Part shown: one piece after another, positions 8,206-16,530 of the stretch
Layout: each line of letters starts with the position of its first letter
Numbering within the stretch: the stretch's first letter is position 1
Source of the DNA: a bacterium
GTDB lineage: Bacteria > Patescibacteriota > Microgenomatia > Woykebacterales > RBG-16-39-9b
Reading direction: 5' to 3'
Assembly (NCBI GenBank): GCA_030704665.1
Contig: JAUYID010000009.1
Location: 330,460-394,459 of the forward strand
DNA: 64,000 nt
Notes under the pieces: model-generated
Databases searched by the model: none
Told to the model about the DNA's origin: nothing
Seen by the model: the letters and a program-made list of their open reading frames with translations, nothing else
Translations under genes and position numbers: made by a program

Positions 8206-8282
8206 CTAAAGGTAAGACTTTCTTGAGAGCTAAGTTGGACAACGCAAAGCTCAGAGAGATTTATATCAAGAAAGATCTTGCG
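8206..8282 (+). repeat. Copy A of a ~75-nt conserved intergenic repeat (…GTAAGACTTTCTTGAGAGCTAAGTTGGACAACGCAAAGCTCAGAGAGATTTATATCAAGAAAGATCTTGCG)
   Basis: About 72 of 76 nt identical to 11697..11773. Located ~95 nt upstream of the VKOR gene start. Contains a GAGCT…AGCTC inverted repeat and an AAGATCTT palindrome. Confidence 0.7.
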
Positions 8283-8375
8283 TTCTGCGGACCAAAGTTT
8301 TACTGCTGCCATCTTAAGCCTGGTGCTGTGATAAATATCACTGCTTGAGTGGTGGTGTTGGGATAAATTGTTTCT

Positions 8376-8813
8376 ATGACAAAAACAGGACGGCTTCACA
8401 ACCGTTTAATTTTTTTGCTTTCTCTGGTTGGGTTGACTATTTCAGGCTATCTTTTCTACACTTACGTGAGGCAAACGCCAATTCTTTGTGTCAACTCTGG
8501 TTGTGAGCTAGTGCGGGCGAGCGGCTACTCCTACTTTTTGTCTGTCCCCCTGCCAGCTTATGGTGGGCTGATGTACCTAGGAATTTTTATCACCAGTTTT
8601 TCACGCACGCTTTTTGGGGCGCGTTTTTTTCAGACCTCTTCAAAAGTGATTCTCGTTTTAGCGAGCGCTGGCGTGGCTGTCTCAGCCTACCTGACCTATC
8701 TCGAAGCGTTCAAAATCAAAGCTTTTTGCATTTGGTGTCTGGCATCCGCGGTTGTTATCTTATTTTTATTTTTAACTTCTGCTTTTGAAGTTCGGAGGCT
8801 CAATGAAAATTAA
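8376..8813 (+). CDS. Vitamin K epoxide reductase (VKOR) family membrane protein
   Basis: 145 aa, 4-5 TM helices, Cys pair CVNSGC in the first loop and CIWC active-site motif in the last TM. Typical VKOR arrangement. Confidence 0.8.
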   Translation: MTKTGRLHNRLIFLLSLVGLTISGYLFYTYVRQTPILCVNSGCELVRASGYSYFLSVPLPAYGGLMYLGIFITSFSRTLFGARFFQTSSKVILVLASAGVAVSAYLTYLEAFKIKAFCIWCLASAVVILFLFLTSAFEVRRLNEN

Positions 8814-9447
8814 AGGGGAAGTCTTTGTTTTTTCTGCTCTCACTGCTTTGACGATGCTTTTTGTTGTTGGTTTGCTTGCCTTCAATCAGAAACCGACTCA
8901 GGTGAGTGCTGATAAAATAAACAGTTTGGTCAGGGAGGATAGCCAAGTTCTTGGTGTGGCCGATGCCAAGGCGACACTAGTTGAATTTGGGGATTTTCAG
9001 TGTCCGGCTTGTGCCACGGTGGAACCTACCTTACAGGAATTGAGAACTTTGTACAAAGACAAAGTCAAATTTGTCTTTCGCCATTTTCCACTGCCAAGTC
9101 ATGACAACGCTCTTCCAGCTGCGAGGGCAACGGAAGCAGCTAGCGCCCAAGGCAAATTTTGGGGCTATCATGACCTCCTTTATCAACACCAAACAGAGTG
9201 GTCAGCGCTATCTGATCCGACGGCGAAGTTTGAGGCCTATGCAGTTGGGTTGGGTTTGGATTTAGAAAAGTTTCAAAACTCTTACCAGAGTGGGGATTTT
9301 GATGAAAAAATCCAAGCAGACAAAAAAGATGGGCTGGGATTGAATGTTGCGGGAACACCAACCTTTTACCTCAACGGCAAAAAACTGGTTGGGAATTACA
9401 GCCTCAACTTTTTCAAAACTGAAGTAGAAAGAGCCTTGGAGAATTGA
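8803..9447 (+). CDS. DsbA-like thioredoxin-fold thiol:disulfide oxidoreductase (CPAC active site), signal-anchored
   Basis: FGDFQCPACA thioredoxin motif. GGAGG SD 5 nt before ATG 8803 (track ORF begins 8785). Partner of the VKOR gene. Confidence 0.8.
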   Translation: MKIKGEVFVFSALTALTMLFVVGLLAFNQKPTQVSADKINSLVREDSQVLGVADAKATLVEFGDFQCPACATVEPTLQELRTLYKDKVKFVFRHFPLPSHDNALPAARATEAASAQGKFWGYHDLLYQHQTEWSALSDPTAKFEAYAVGLGLDLEKFQNSYQSGDFDEKIQADKKDGLGLNVAGTPTFYLNGKKLVGNYSLNFFKTEVERALEN

Positions 9448-9465
9448 AAGAAAGGCCCCTTTTGC

Positions 9466-9663
9466 ATGGCTAGTTACAAAATATCAGTTGATCGTGCTCT
9501 CTGCATTGGATCTGGTTCTTGTGTTTTGTTTGCCGGACAAACCTTTGAGCTTGACAGTGAGTGTAAGGCTGCTGTCTCCCCTGGGCAGGGAGACGACATT
9601 GAAGATATCAAGCTTGCGGCTGACAACTGCCCCACCCGTGCGATTTTTGTCAAAGAAGAGTAA
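9466..9663 (+). CDS. Small ferredoxin (single Fe-S cluster, CxxGxC…C…CP pattern)
   Basis: 65 aa, MASYKISVDRALCIGSGSCV…DNCPTRAIFV resembles mono-cluster 3Fe/4Fe ferredoxins. Confidence 0.7.
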   Translation: MASYKISVDRALCIGSGSCVLFAGQTFELDSECKAAVSPGQGDDIEDIKLAADNCPTRAIFVKEE

Positions 9664-9920
9664 GTTCTTCTTCGCCAGGTTAGTTTTTCACGCCTTTAAC
9701 TACAACCCCCAAATCCATCTAGCGGACTAACCTCTACCCTTCTGGCAATGGGCGCGGTCATCGGCTACCTTCGCTAAAAAGTAAATCCGCCTGCGGCGCG
9801 ACTGCTTTTTTGAAAAAAGGTAAACCAAGGTTGGGCTACTTAAAAGAAAACCCCGGGTTCCGGAGTTTTCTTTTTTGCTTGCCTAAAAGTAAAATTTCAG
9901 CTACAATAACGCTTCCGAAA

Positions 9921-10871
9921 ATGGAAGCAATCATCTCAGTCAAAGACATCTACAAAAAATACGGTAAGACCGAAGCTCTCAAAGGAGTCAGCTTTGAAGC
10001 TGAAAAGGGCAAGGTTCTTGGTTTGCTTGGGCCGAATGGGGCGGGGAAAACTACCTTGATAAAAATTCTGACTACTTTGCTTAATCCAGATTCAGGAAGC
10101 GCAACTGTGGCTGGCTACAACGTTGTCAAAGATGCTGCCAAACTGCGCAGTGTCATTGGTTTGGCTGGACAGTACGCGGCCGTTGATGAAAACCTCACCG
10201 GAAGAGAAAATCTGGAAATGGTGGCTCAGCTTTATCATTTGGGTAGTAAAGAATCTAAAAAGCGGGCAGAGAGTGTTTTGAAAGAAATGAGTCTGGAAGA
10301 GGCGGCCAACCGGCCGGTGAAAACCTACTCCGGGGGGATGCGTCGCCGACTTGATGTGGGAGCAAGTTTACTTTTTGAACCAAAAGTTCTTTTTCTTGAC
10401 GAGCCAACGACTGGGCTTGATCCACGGACGAGAAGTGACCTTTGGGAATTTGTTCGTAGTTTGGTCGCCAAAGGAACTTCTGTGGTGCTGACGACCCAAT
10501 ATTTGGAAGAAGCCGACGCTCTCGCCGACGAGATTGTTCTCCTCGATAAAGGTAAAGTCATTGCCGCCGGAACTAGCCGTGAACTGAAACGACAGCTCGG
10601 TGGTAGTATGGTGGAAATTGAACCAAAGAGTTGGGTTGACCATGAAAAAATTCGCGATCTCCTCAAAAACAAGTTTGGTGGCCACCAAATCCACGTCAAG
10701 GATAGCCACCAAATGATCACTTTCCCGGCCCCGAACGGGCCCGCGGATCTGCGCGATGCTCTCAATCTTCTCGAAGGGGCGGGGATTGAGCTGGTTCACA
10801 TTAGTTTGACTCAACCAACTCTCGATGAGGTTTTCTTAACCTACACGACGGAGGGAGCAGGCGATGAATAG
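9921..10871 (+). CDS. ABC transporter ATP-binding protein (DrrA/ABC-2 exporter type)
   Basis: Walker A GPNGAGKTT, signature YSGGMRRRL, Walker B LLFLDEPTTGLD, H-loop. ATG 9921 chosen in frame within track ORF 9810..10871. Confidence 0.9.
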   Translation: MEAIISVKDIYKKYGKTEALKGVSFEAEKGKVLGLLGPNGAGKTTLIKILTTLLNPDSGSATVAGYNVVKDAAKLRSVIGLAGQYAAVDENLTGRENLEMVAQLYHLGSKESKKRAESVLKEMSLEEAANRPVKTYSGGMRRRLDVGASLLFEPKVLFLDEPTTGLDPRTRSDLWEFVRSLVAKGTSVVLTTQYLEEADALADEIVLLDKGKVIAAGTSRELKRQLGGSMVEIEPKSWVDHEKIRDLLKNKFGGHQIHVKDSHQMITFPAPNGPADLRDALNLLEGAGIELVHISLTQPTLDEVFLTYTTEGAGDE

Positions 10872-11634
10872 TTTTCTCAATGCAGTTAGTGACGTCTTGG
10901 TGATCACGGAGCGGAATTTGATCCGCTATCGACGCGTGCCTCAGCTGCTCATTTTCTCAACTATTCAGCCAGTGATGTTTTTGCTGCTTTTCAACTATGT
11001 TTTCGGGGGAGCAATTCAAACCGACCAAGCAGGAGAATATATTAACTTTCTTTTGCCTGGAATCATCGTCCAAACCGTTCTTTTTGGAGCCTCCCAAGCC
11101 AGTGTCGGTATGGCCGAAGACCTATCTAGCGGCATCATGGACCGCTTTCGTTCGCTGCCAATCGCGCGTTTTGCGGTCATTGCCGGCCGAGTTCTGGCTG
11201 ACACGATCAGAAATATTTTTGTTGTCCTGATCATGCTTGCCGTTGGCATGTTGATTGGTTTCCGTTTTGGAGACGGAATTGCCAATGGACTGATCGGTCT
11301 TTATCTTGCTGTTCTTTTTGGATTTGCTTTTTCTTGGATTTCCATGAGTGTGGGTTTGCTCGTTCGTGATCCGGAAGCAGCTTTACCAGCTGGTTTTCTC
11401 TGGATTTTCCCCCTTGTTTTTGCCTCCGGTATCTTTGTACCGGTGCGGACTATGCCCGAGTGGCTCCAAGTTTTTGCTCGCAACCAGCCCGTGACCAAAG
11501 TGGCTGAAGCCGTTCGTAGTTTTATGGTTGGTGGCCCCCATGATAGTTTGGGTCCAGCCCTGCTTTGGATGGGTGGAATCACCTTGGCCTTTTTGACTAT
11601 CAGTATTTTCCTCTACCGCCGCAATAACAGTTAA
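10864..11634 (+). CDS. ABC-2 family transporter permease
   Basis: 256 aa, six hydrophobic segments, overlaps the ATPase stop (ATGA); typical ABC-2 permease partner. Confidence 0.85.
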   Translation: MNSFLNAVSDVLVITERNLIRYRRVPQLLIFSTIQPVMFLLLFNYVFGGAIQTDQAGEYINFLLPGIIVQTVLFGASQASVGMAEDLSSGIMDRFRSLPIARFAVIAGRVLADTIRNIFVVLIMLAVGMLIGFRFGDGIANGLIGLYLAVLFGFAFSWISMSVGLLVRDPEAALPAGFLWIFPLVFASGIFVPVRTMPEWLQVFARNQPVTKVAEAVRSFMVGGPHDSLGPALLWMGGITLAFLTISIFLYRRNNS

Positions 11635-11696
11635 CACTGTTGTACAATTCTTCTCAGGCTAAAGTCATTAACTTTTGGAAAGTTCCTGCTTTCATG

Positions 11697-11773
11697 TTGA
11701 AAGTAAGACTTTTTTGAGAGCTAAGTTGGACAACGCAAAGCTCAAAGAGATTTATATCAAAAAAGATCTTGCG
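11697..11773 (+). repeat. Copy B of the ~75-nt conserved intergenic repeat, ~40 nt upstream of the ychF start
   Basis: Near-identical to 8206..8282; an extended -10 (TGTTATAAT) sits a few nt upstream of the ychF ATG. The repeat is in frame with ychF in the track ORF 11675.., but the canonical YchF N-terminus (MLKVGIVGLPNVGKST) starts at 11813. Confidence 0.7.
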
Positions 11774-11812
11774 AACTCCGTTCTTTGGATTGTTCTCTGT
11801 TATAATCTTGGG

Positions 11813-12940
11813 ATGTTAAAAGTTGGTATTGTAGGGCTTCCAAATGTGGGTAAGTCCACTTTGTTTAACGCTTTACTAAAAAAACAAGTTGCGGCTAGTG
11901 CAAACTATCCCTTTACCACCATTGAGCCCAATGTTGGTGTGGTTGAGGTTCCGGACGGGCGTCTAGAAAAATTGGCTCAAGTCGTTAAAACCGAAAAAAT
12001 CATTCCGGCGGCGGTTGAGTTTGTTGACATTGCCGGCTTGGTCAAGGGAGCCGCTGAGGGAGAGGGGCTGGGGAACAAGTTTCTTTCTCATATTCGTGAG
12101 GTTGATGCGATTGCCCACGTAGTGCGGGCTTTTGAAGATCCCAATGTTTTGCGCAGTGATTCGTCAACAGATCCGAAGAATGACGTGGAAACAATTAACA
12201 CTGAACTCATTCTTGCTGATCTAGAAACTGTTACGAAATTAATTGATGGAGCAGAGCGAGAATTAAAGGGAATGCAGAATGCAGAATTAAGAGCTGGGAA
12301 TGAAAAGTTAAAAACCTTGAAGAAAATTAAATCTGGGCTCGACCAAGGGGTTTTGGCCAAGGGGGCTGAACTAACCAAAGAAGAGCTTGAAGCAGTGGGC
12401 CCGCTGCCACTGATTACCATCAAACCTACTATATATGTATACAATGTCAGCGAAGCTGACTTGAATGAAGAATTAAACCCTTCACGAGCTCAGGGACTGC
12501 TTTCTTCGAAAGTAAGAATTGAGAATTTAAAAAAATTCACTCCAAGTGTGGTTATTTGTGCCAAAGTTGAGGCCGAACTAGCAGAACTGAGTGCTGCTGA
12601 GCAAAAGGATTATTTGCAAGAGTTGGGTGTAGATCAGTCTGGGTTGGAGCGGCTGATACGGGAAAGTTACGAACTGTTAGGGTTAATCACTTACTTCACT
12701 GCCGGAGAAAAAGAAGCGCGGGCTTGGACGATCAAAAAAGGAACCAAAGCCCCGACTGCGGCCGGAGTGATTCACACTGATTTTGAACGTGGTTTTATCA
12801 AAGCGGAAGTGATCAATTGGGAAAAACTGGTTGAAGCTCCCGGCTGGAATCCTGCTCGGGAAAAGGGTTGGGTCGCTCTCGTTGGTAAGGACTATCTCTT
12901 CCAAGACGGGGACACCGCTATTTTTAAGTTCAATACTTAA
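11813..12940 (+). CDS. ychF: Ribosome-binding ATPase YchF (Obg-family GTPase)
   Basis: MLKVGIVGLPNVGKSTLFNALL, G-domain motifs, C-terminal TGS domain (GFIKAEVI…); 376 aa. Confidence 0.9.
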   Translation: MLKVGIVGLPNVGKSTLFNALLKKQVAASANYPFTTIEPNVGVVEVPDGRLEKLAQVVKTEKIIPAAVEFVDIAGLVKGAAEGEGLGNKFLSHIREVDAIAHVVRAFEDPNVLRSDSSTDPKNDVETINTELILADLETVTKLIDGAERELKGMQNAELRAGNEKLKTLKKIKSGLDQGVLAKGAELTKEELEAVGPLPLITIKPTIYVYNVSEADLNEELNPSRAQGLLSSKVRIENLKKFTPSVVICAKVEAELAELSAAEQKDYLQELGVDQSGLERLIRESYELLGLITYFTAGEKEARAWTIKKGTKAPTAAGVIHTDFERGFIKAEVINWEKLVEAPGWNPAREKGWVALVGKDYLFQDGDTAIFKFNT

Positions 12941-12996
12941 AAACGCGGTCCTTGCGACCACTGTTTCAAGTTCAATAACTGACTTTTAGGTCGAAA

Positions 12997-13029
12997 GGGC
13001 CGAAGCACGCAAGTGCGTTCAGTCGGCCC
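12997..13029. terminator. Hairpin GGGCCGA-(19 nt incl. GCAC-gcaa-GTGC)-TCGGCCC between convergent ychF and the 445-aa gene
   Basis: Inverted repeat read directly, placed between the two convergent stop codons. Confidence 0.45.
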
Positions 13030-14356
13030 GTCTCGATCTCTCCGTAGTCTCTTCCTGGGGTTGGACAAAGAGTAGCGACCCAGCCCCGTTGCAAGAAGAC
13101 GATTGCTCTCGGTGCGATTCTGTAGCCAAAGTACGCAGAGCGTCCTTCTTCAGCTTCTTGGTTTGGAACTTACCCCTTTTTTCACAGCGTCGACAGTGCC
13201 AGGTGTAGCGTAGGATCCGTGGTGGGCGGCCAACACGGAGAGTCTGCAACCACTCTTCTTGCCGAGACAGAAAACGCTCGCTGAGACGGGGTTGGTAGGG
13301 TAGGTCTTTGACTTCATGCTCCCAACAAAGATGGCCAGCACAAAAGCGCCGTGCGCAGGTCCCACAGCGCCGTCCGTAAGCTTTGCTACACCAGCCCCCA
13401 AAGGAACAGCTTGTGTTCTTTCCCAGTGGGTTGTTAATTGTTAGCGTACTGACATGCGGTTCGGTTGTCGGAACAGTTTCTCTGTTTAGGTTAACTAGCC
13501 TGCGTAGGCTGGCGAACTCATCGACTGGAACAAAAGACCGTCCCCTTCGGTAAGACTGCGGAGAACTCTTCACCACCTGTCCCACAGATTCTGGTTTTCT
13601 GTTTTGTCCCAGGATTACTGCCTTGGCGCGCTTCTCAGAGGCTAACCCTCCGTGAGCTGCAAAGCCAATGACCAGCCTGCGTTCAAGCAATTTCTTGTCA
13701 TCCCAACAGAGACGACACTTGTCGCACTTGGTGCCGTGGGTTTGTTCTCGACAGGGAATAACCTTCAACCCAGCCATGTCGTAAACACTGTTTGAAGCGT
13801 GTTCAGTGACGACGATGGCTGCTGCATAACCTCTTTCCCAGGCAACTTCGACATCGGCCTTGGTTTCGCAGGAAGCCAGGACCGAGACTGGACCCCAGAC
13901 CTCACTGGGGACGAGATGGGAGGCGTGGGTGTAAGTCCAAACGGCAGGCATCTCTTCCTTGGCTAGGTAGCCACGAAGACGATAGCGCTGCACGGCTTTA
14001 ACCAAAAGACGAGTTCCGGCTACGGTAGTTGAGTCTCCAACGACGTGAAGTCGCAGAGCTCGCAAACCACTGAGCTTATCAATTGCGGCTGCTTCCTCGA
14101 CTGCTAGATCAAAGGTTGTTGCCTTTGGGTTGGCCGCATTGAGGCGGCGAGTAGTCGTCATCCCAATGTAGCCGTTTTCGGCATAACAACCGTTGTTCAG
14201 AAGGGGGCAAGTTTTTGGGCAAGAGCCTTGGGAGACGTTGGTAGTAGAAACCGGACCGATCTTGTTGTTGGCCGTCACCTCTTTGGCGAAAACTGAGGGC
14301 AAAGGGGCTTCGGGAGTGTTTGGAACCCCGACCAAGTTTATGGCTTGATTGACCAC
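13019..14356 (-). CDS. Cys-rich hypothetical protein (445 aa) in a GC-rich (~55%) island; N-terminal CPxTCP…GCYA cysteine cluster and several CxxC pairs; possibly phage/plasmid-derived
   Basis: GTG start with strong AAGGAGG SD; own promoter. Recognition of the N-terminal motif as a phage-associated family is from memory and uncertain. Confidence 0.5.
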   Translation of the reverse strand: MVNQAINLVGVPNTPEAPLPSVFAKEVTANNKIGPVSTTNVSQGSCPKTCPLLNNGCYAENGYIGMTTTRRLNAANPKATTFDLAVEEAAAIDKLSGLRALRLHVVGDSTTVAGTRLLVKAVQRYRLRGYLAKEEMPAVWTYTHASHLVPSEVWGPVSVLASCETKADVEVAWERGYAAAIVVTEHASNSVYDMAGLKVIPCREQTHGTKCDKCRLCWDDKKLLERRLVIGFAAHGGLASEKRAKAVILGQNRKPESVGQVVKSSPQSYRRGRSFVPVDEFASLRRLVNLNRETVPTTEPHVSTLTINNPLGKNTSCSFGGWCSKAYGRRCGTCARRFCAGHLCWEHEVKDLPYQPRLSERFLSRQEEWLQTLRVGRPPRILRYTWHCRRCEKRGKFQTKKLKKDALRTLATESHREQSSSCNGAGSLLFVQPQEETTERSRRAD

Positions 14357-14401
14357 TTCCGAGACCTCCTTTCCTTCGTTCTCTCGTCTTCTCTCGAGCC
14401 G

Positions 14402-14430
14402 ATAATATTATTTGTCAGGATAAATTGCAA
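14402..14430 (-). promoter_or_regulatory. Sigma70-like promoter TTGCAA-17-TATTAT for the 445-aa Cys-rich gene (minus strand)
   Basis: Hexamers and spacing read on the reverse complement; ~45 nt upstream of the GTG start. Confidence 0.5.
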
Positions 14431-14462
14431 GATTGTTTTAGGGTTGGCTAAAAATTTGGGGT

Positions 14463-14501
14463 GGGACCGGTTGCTTGAGAGCGAGAAAAGCAACCGGTCC
14501 C
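14463..14501. other. Perfect 14-bp inverted repeat GGGACCGGTTGCTT-(11 nt)-AAGCAACCGGTCCC between the two island genes (terminator or operator palindrome)
   Basis: Read directly. On the minus strand it is followed by ACCCCAAATTTTT. Confidence 0.5.
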
Positions 14502-14766
14502 GGGCGGTGGGTAGGTAGAAAGCGAACTTCAAGTGGCGATGCCAAACTCTTGAGCAAGCGTGACCGCGTTGGTCCAGAGCCGGGTTCCAAGACCATCAGG
14601 ACATGAAAGAGCGTTGCGTCGGTGGGACCGCAGCAGGCGCGTGATCAGGTTCTTGCCCAGACTGAGCTTGCCACTACTCCCACACCGATAACAGCTCCAC
14701 CGCGCGCAGCTTTGAATCTCCTCCGTTTGCGCTAGCATCATGGTAAGCCTTTCTTGTCTTTTTCAG

Positions 14767-15081
14767 CTAGACACCTCTAGGCATCGGGGTCCTGGTTTGG
14801 AAACAGGAGCTACAGTAGACCGGCAGACCTGGCTTTGGTACGAAAGGGACTTTGGCGAGCCCTCCGCAGTCAGTGCAGGTTGTCTCGCTCAGTACTCTGT
14901 CCCCAGATCGGGAAGCCTGCTCCCACTCTTCGAAACGTGCTCGTTTGGCCACTCTGCAGCCAGGACACCGCTTGGGAGGGTTGTTTAACCCCTTATCCCG
15001 GTAAAACTCTTGCTCGCCAGCTGTGAAGCTGAAGTCGTCCCCACAGTCCTTGCAAGAAAGAACCTTGTCTCGAAAACTCAC
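14767..15081 (-). CDS. Tandem zinc-ribbon domain protein (CxxCG…FxFTAGEQEFY…KRCxxCR repeated twice), GC-rich island
   Basis: GTG start with AAGGAG SD gives a 104-aa protein. The upstream part of the longer track ORF 14767..15183 overlaps the rpsF promoter, so it is unlikely to be coding. Confidence 0.5.
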   Translation of the reverse strand: MSFRDKVLSCKDCGDDFSFTAGEQEFYRDKGLNNPPKRCPGCRVAKRARFEEWEQASRSGDRVLSETTCTDCGGLAKVPFVPKPGLPVYCSSCFQTRTPMPRGV

Positions 15082-15161
15082 CGTTCTCTCCTTTTCACCT
15101 TCCCGGATTCTTAGGCGGGATAATATCTCGAAAAGACAAAAATTGCAAATTACAAAAAAGC

Positions 15162-15191
15162 TTGAAGGTGCTTGCTCCCGCATGTTATACT
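15162..15191 (+). promoter_or_regulatory. Sigma70-like promoter TTGAAG-17-TTATAC(T) for the rpsF-ssb-rpsR operon
   Basis: Hexamers read directly ~50 nt upstream of the rpsF ATG. Confidence 0.5.
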
Positions 15192-15240
15192 CGGACTCGG
15201 TTTTTAAAATACCTGAAAACGAAAGGAAACCAAAGCAAAA

Positions 15241-15588
15241 ATGGCTGACTATGAGCTTGCTTTAGTAACTTCTGACGATTTGCCAGAAAAAGACAAAAAA
15301 GAGTTGCTTTCGACAGTCGAAAAGAAAGTTGCTCTCGGCGAAGGAAAAGTGGGAAATATTGAAGAGTGGCCGAGAAAAAGCCTCGCTTACCCAATCAACA
15401 AAAAAACTACAGCCAATTTTACTTTCGTTGAATTTAGTGGAGATGCCTCTGTTCCAGCGGCGATCAGACGAGAACTGAACTTGTCCGAAAACATTTTGCG
15501 TTCCCTTTTAATAAAAAAAGAGGCAGTCAAGGCAAAAGCCAAAGATAGGAGAGCAAGGATCAAAAAGGCCAAGGAGGATCTGAATTAA
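15241..15588 (+). CDS. rpsF: 30S ribosomal protein S6
   Basis: MADYELALVTSDDL…IEEWPRKSLAYPINK typical of S6, with a basic C-terminal tail. Confidence 0.9.
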   Translation: MADYELALVTSDDLPEKDKKELLSTVEKKVALGEGKVGNIEEWPRKSLAYPINKKTTANFTFVEFSGDASVPAAIRRELNLSENILRSLLIKKEAVKAKAKDRRARIKKAKEDLN

Positions 15589-15640
15589 TTTAGAATTAAT
15601 AATGAAGAATTCTGAATTTTAGCTACGGAGGTTAAAAACT

Positions 15641-16198
15641 ATGTCTAGTAGAAGTTTGAACAAAGTGATGCTGATTGGTAATCTGACCCGAGATCCGGAG
15701 TTGCGCTACACCCCGCAGGGAACTGCGGTCTGTTCTTTTGGACTAGCTACGAATCGTAGCTGGATGCCATCAGATGCCTCCGAAAGACGGGAAGAAACTG
15801 AATTTCACCGCATTGTCTCCTGGAACAAACTAGCTGAGCTTTGTAGTCAACTGTTGACCAAGGGTCGTAAAGTTTATATTGAAGGTCGGCTCCAAACCCG
15901 GAGTTGGGAAGGTCAGGATGGAGAAAAGCGCCAAGCAACTGAAGTCGTTGCTGAGGATATGGTCATTCTTGATTCAAAAAGAGAACGAGAAGGTGGTGAG
16001 GCTGAGTTTTCTGAGTCTGGGAGTCAGGAAGTAGCTGCCGAGGCAGCTGGCGAGAAGAAAGAGACCAAGAAAGCCACCGCCGAAAAAGAGGAAGACTCTT
16101 CTGAGAGCAAAGTAGAAAAGAAATCAAAAGACGAGAAAAAAGAAAAGGAAAGTAAAGAGGAAGACGACGTCATTGACCTCGACGATATTCCCTTCTAA
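15641..16198 (+). CDS. ssb: Single-stranded DNA-binding protein
   Basis: OB-fold N-terminus ([32 protein letters not shown]), acidic/K-rich linker, C-terminal DDIPF tail. Confidence 0.9.
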   Translation: MSSRSLNKVMLIGNLTRDPELRYTPQGTAVCSFGLATNRSWMPSDASERREETEFHRIVSWNKLAELCSQLLTKGRKVYIEGRLQTRSWEGQDGEKRQATEVVAEDMVILDSKREREGGEAEFSESGSQEVAAEAAGEKKETKKATAEKEEDSSESKVEKKSKDEKKEKESKEEDDVIDLDDIPF

Positions 16199-16203
16199 AA
16201 ACT

Positions 16204-16434
16204 ATGGCACAGACAAATTCACGAAACAAGCGCAAGGTTTGTAATTTTTGCAAAGAAGAGACAAGCGTTTCTTACAAAGACCTTGAAACTTTAAAAAAGT
16301 TTACTACCGAAAGAGGAAAAATCGTCGGTCGAGCTAAAACCGGAACCTGCTCAAGTCATCAACGGCAGCTTACGAATGCAATCAAAAGAGCCCGCTATTT
16401 GGCTCTGCTTCCGTTTTCCACCAGAAGCCGCTAA
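16204..16434 (+). CDS. rpsR: 30S ribosomal protein S18
   Basis: CNFCKEE…[17 protein letters not shown]…[18 protein letters not shown] is typical of S18. Confidence 0.9.
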   Translation: MAQTNSRNKRKVCNFCKEETSVSYKDLETLKKFTTERGKIVGRAKTGTCSSHQRQLTNAIKRARYLALLPFSTRSR

Positions 16435-16530
16435 AGAGATAACAAAAAAAAAACAAGCGGCATCTTTTCATCTTGGGCAAGCCAGTTTTAATGGTATAAT
16501 TTTAAGACCGGAAAAGAAAAACTTGCTTCA

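Noticed and set aside
8190-8399. 69-aa minus-strand ORF covering repeat copy A
   Set aside because: Not conserved at copy B (no equivalent ORF there), so the repeat is treated as non-coding on that strand.
9779-9812. Putative intrinsic terminator after the ferredoxin gene
   Set aside because: Only a 4-bp stem (CGCC/GGCG) precedes the T-run; too weak to annotate.
10325-10814. Two minus-strand ORFs (146 and 148 aa) inside the ABC ATPase gene
   Set aside because: They are antisense to a gene with complete, well-ordered ABC motifs. Composition-driven open frames.
11675-11812. 46-codon N-terminal extension of ychF in the ORF track
   Set aside because: The canonical YchF N-terminus (MLKVGIVGLPNVGKST) begins at 11813 with a -10 box just upstream. 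The extension is the intergenic repeat read in frame.
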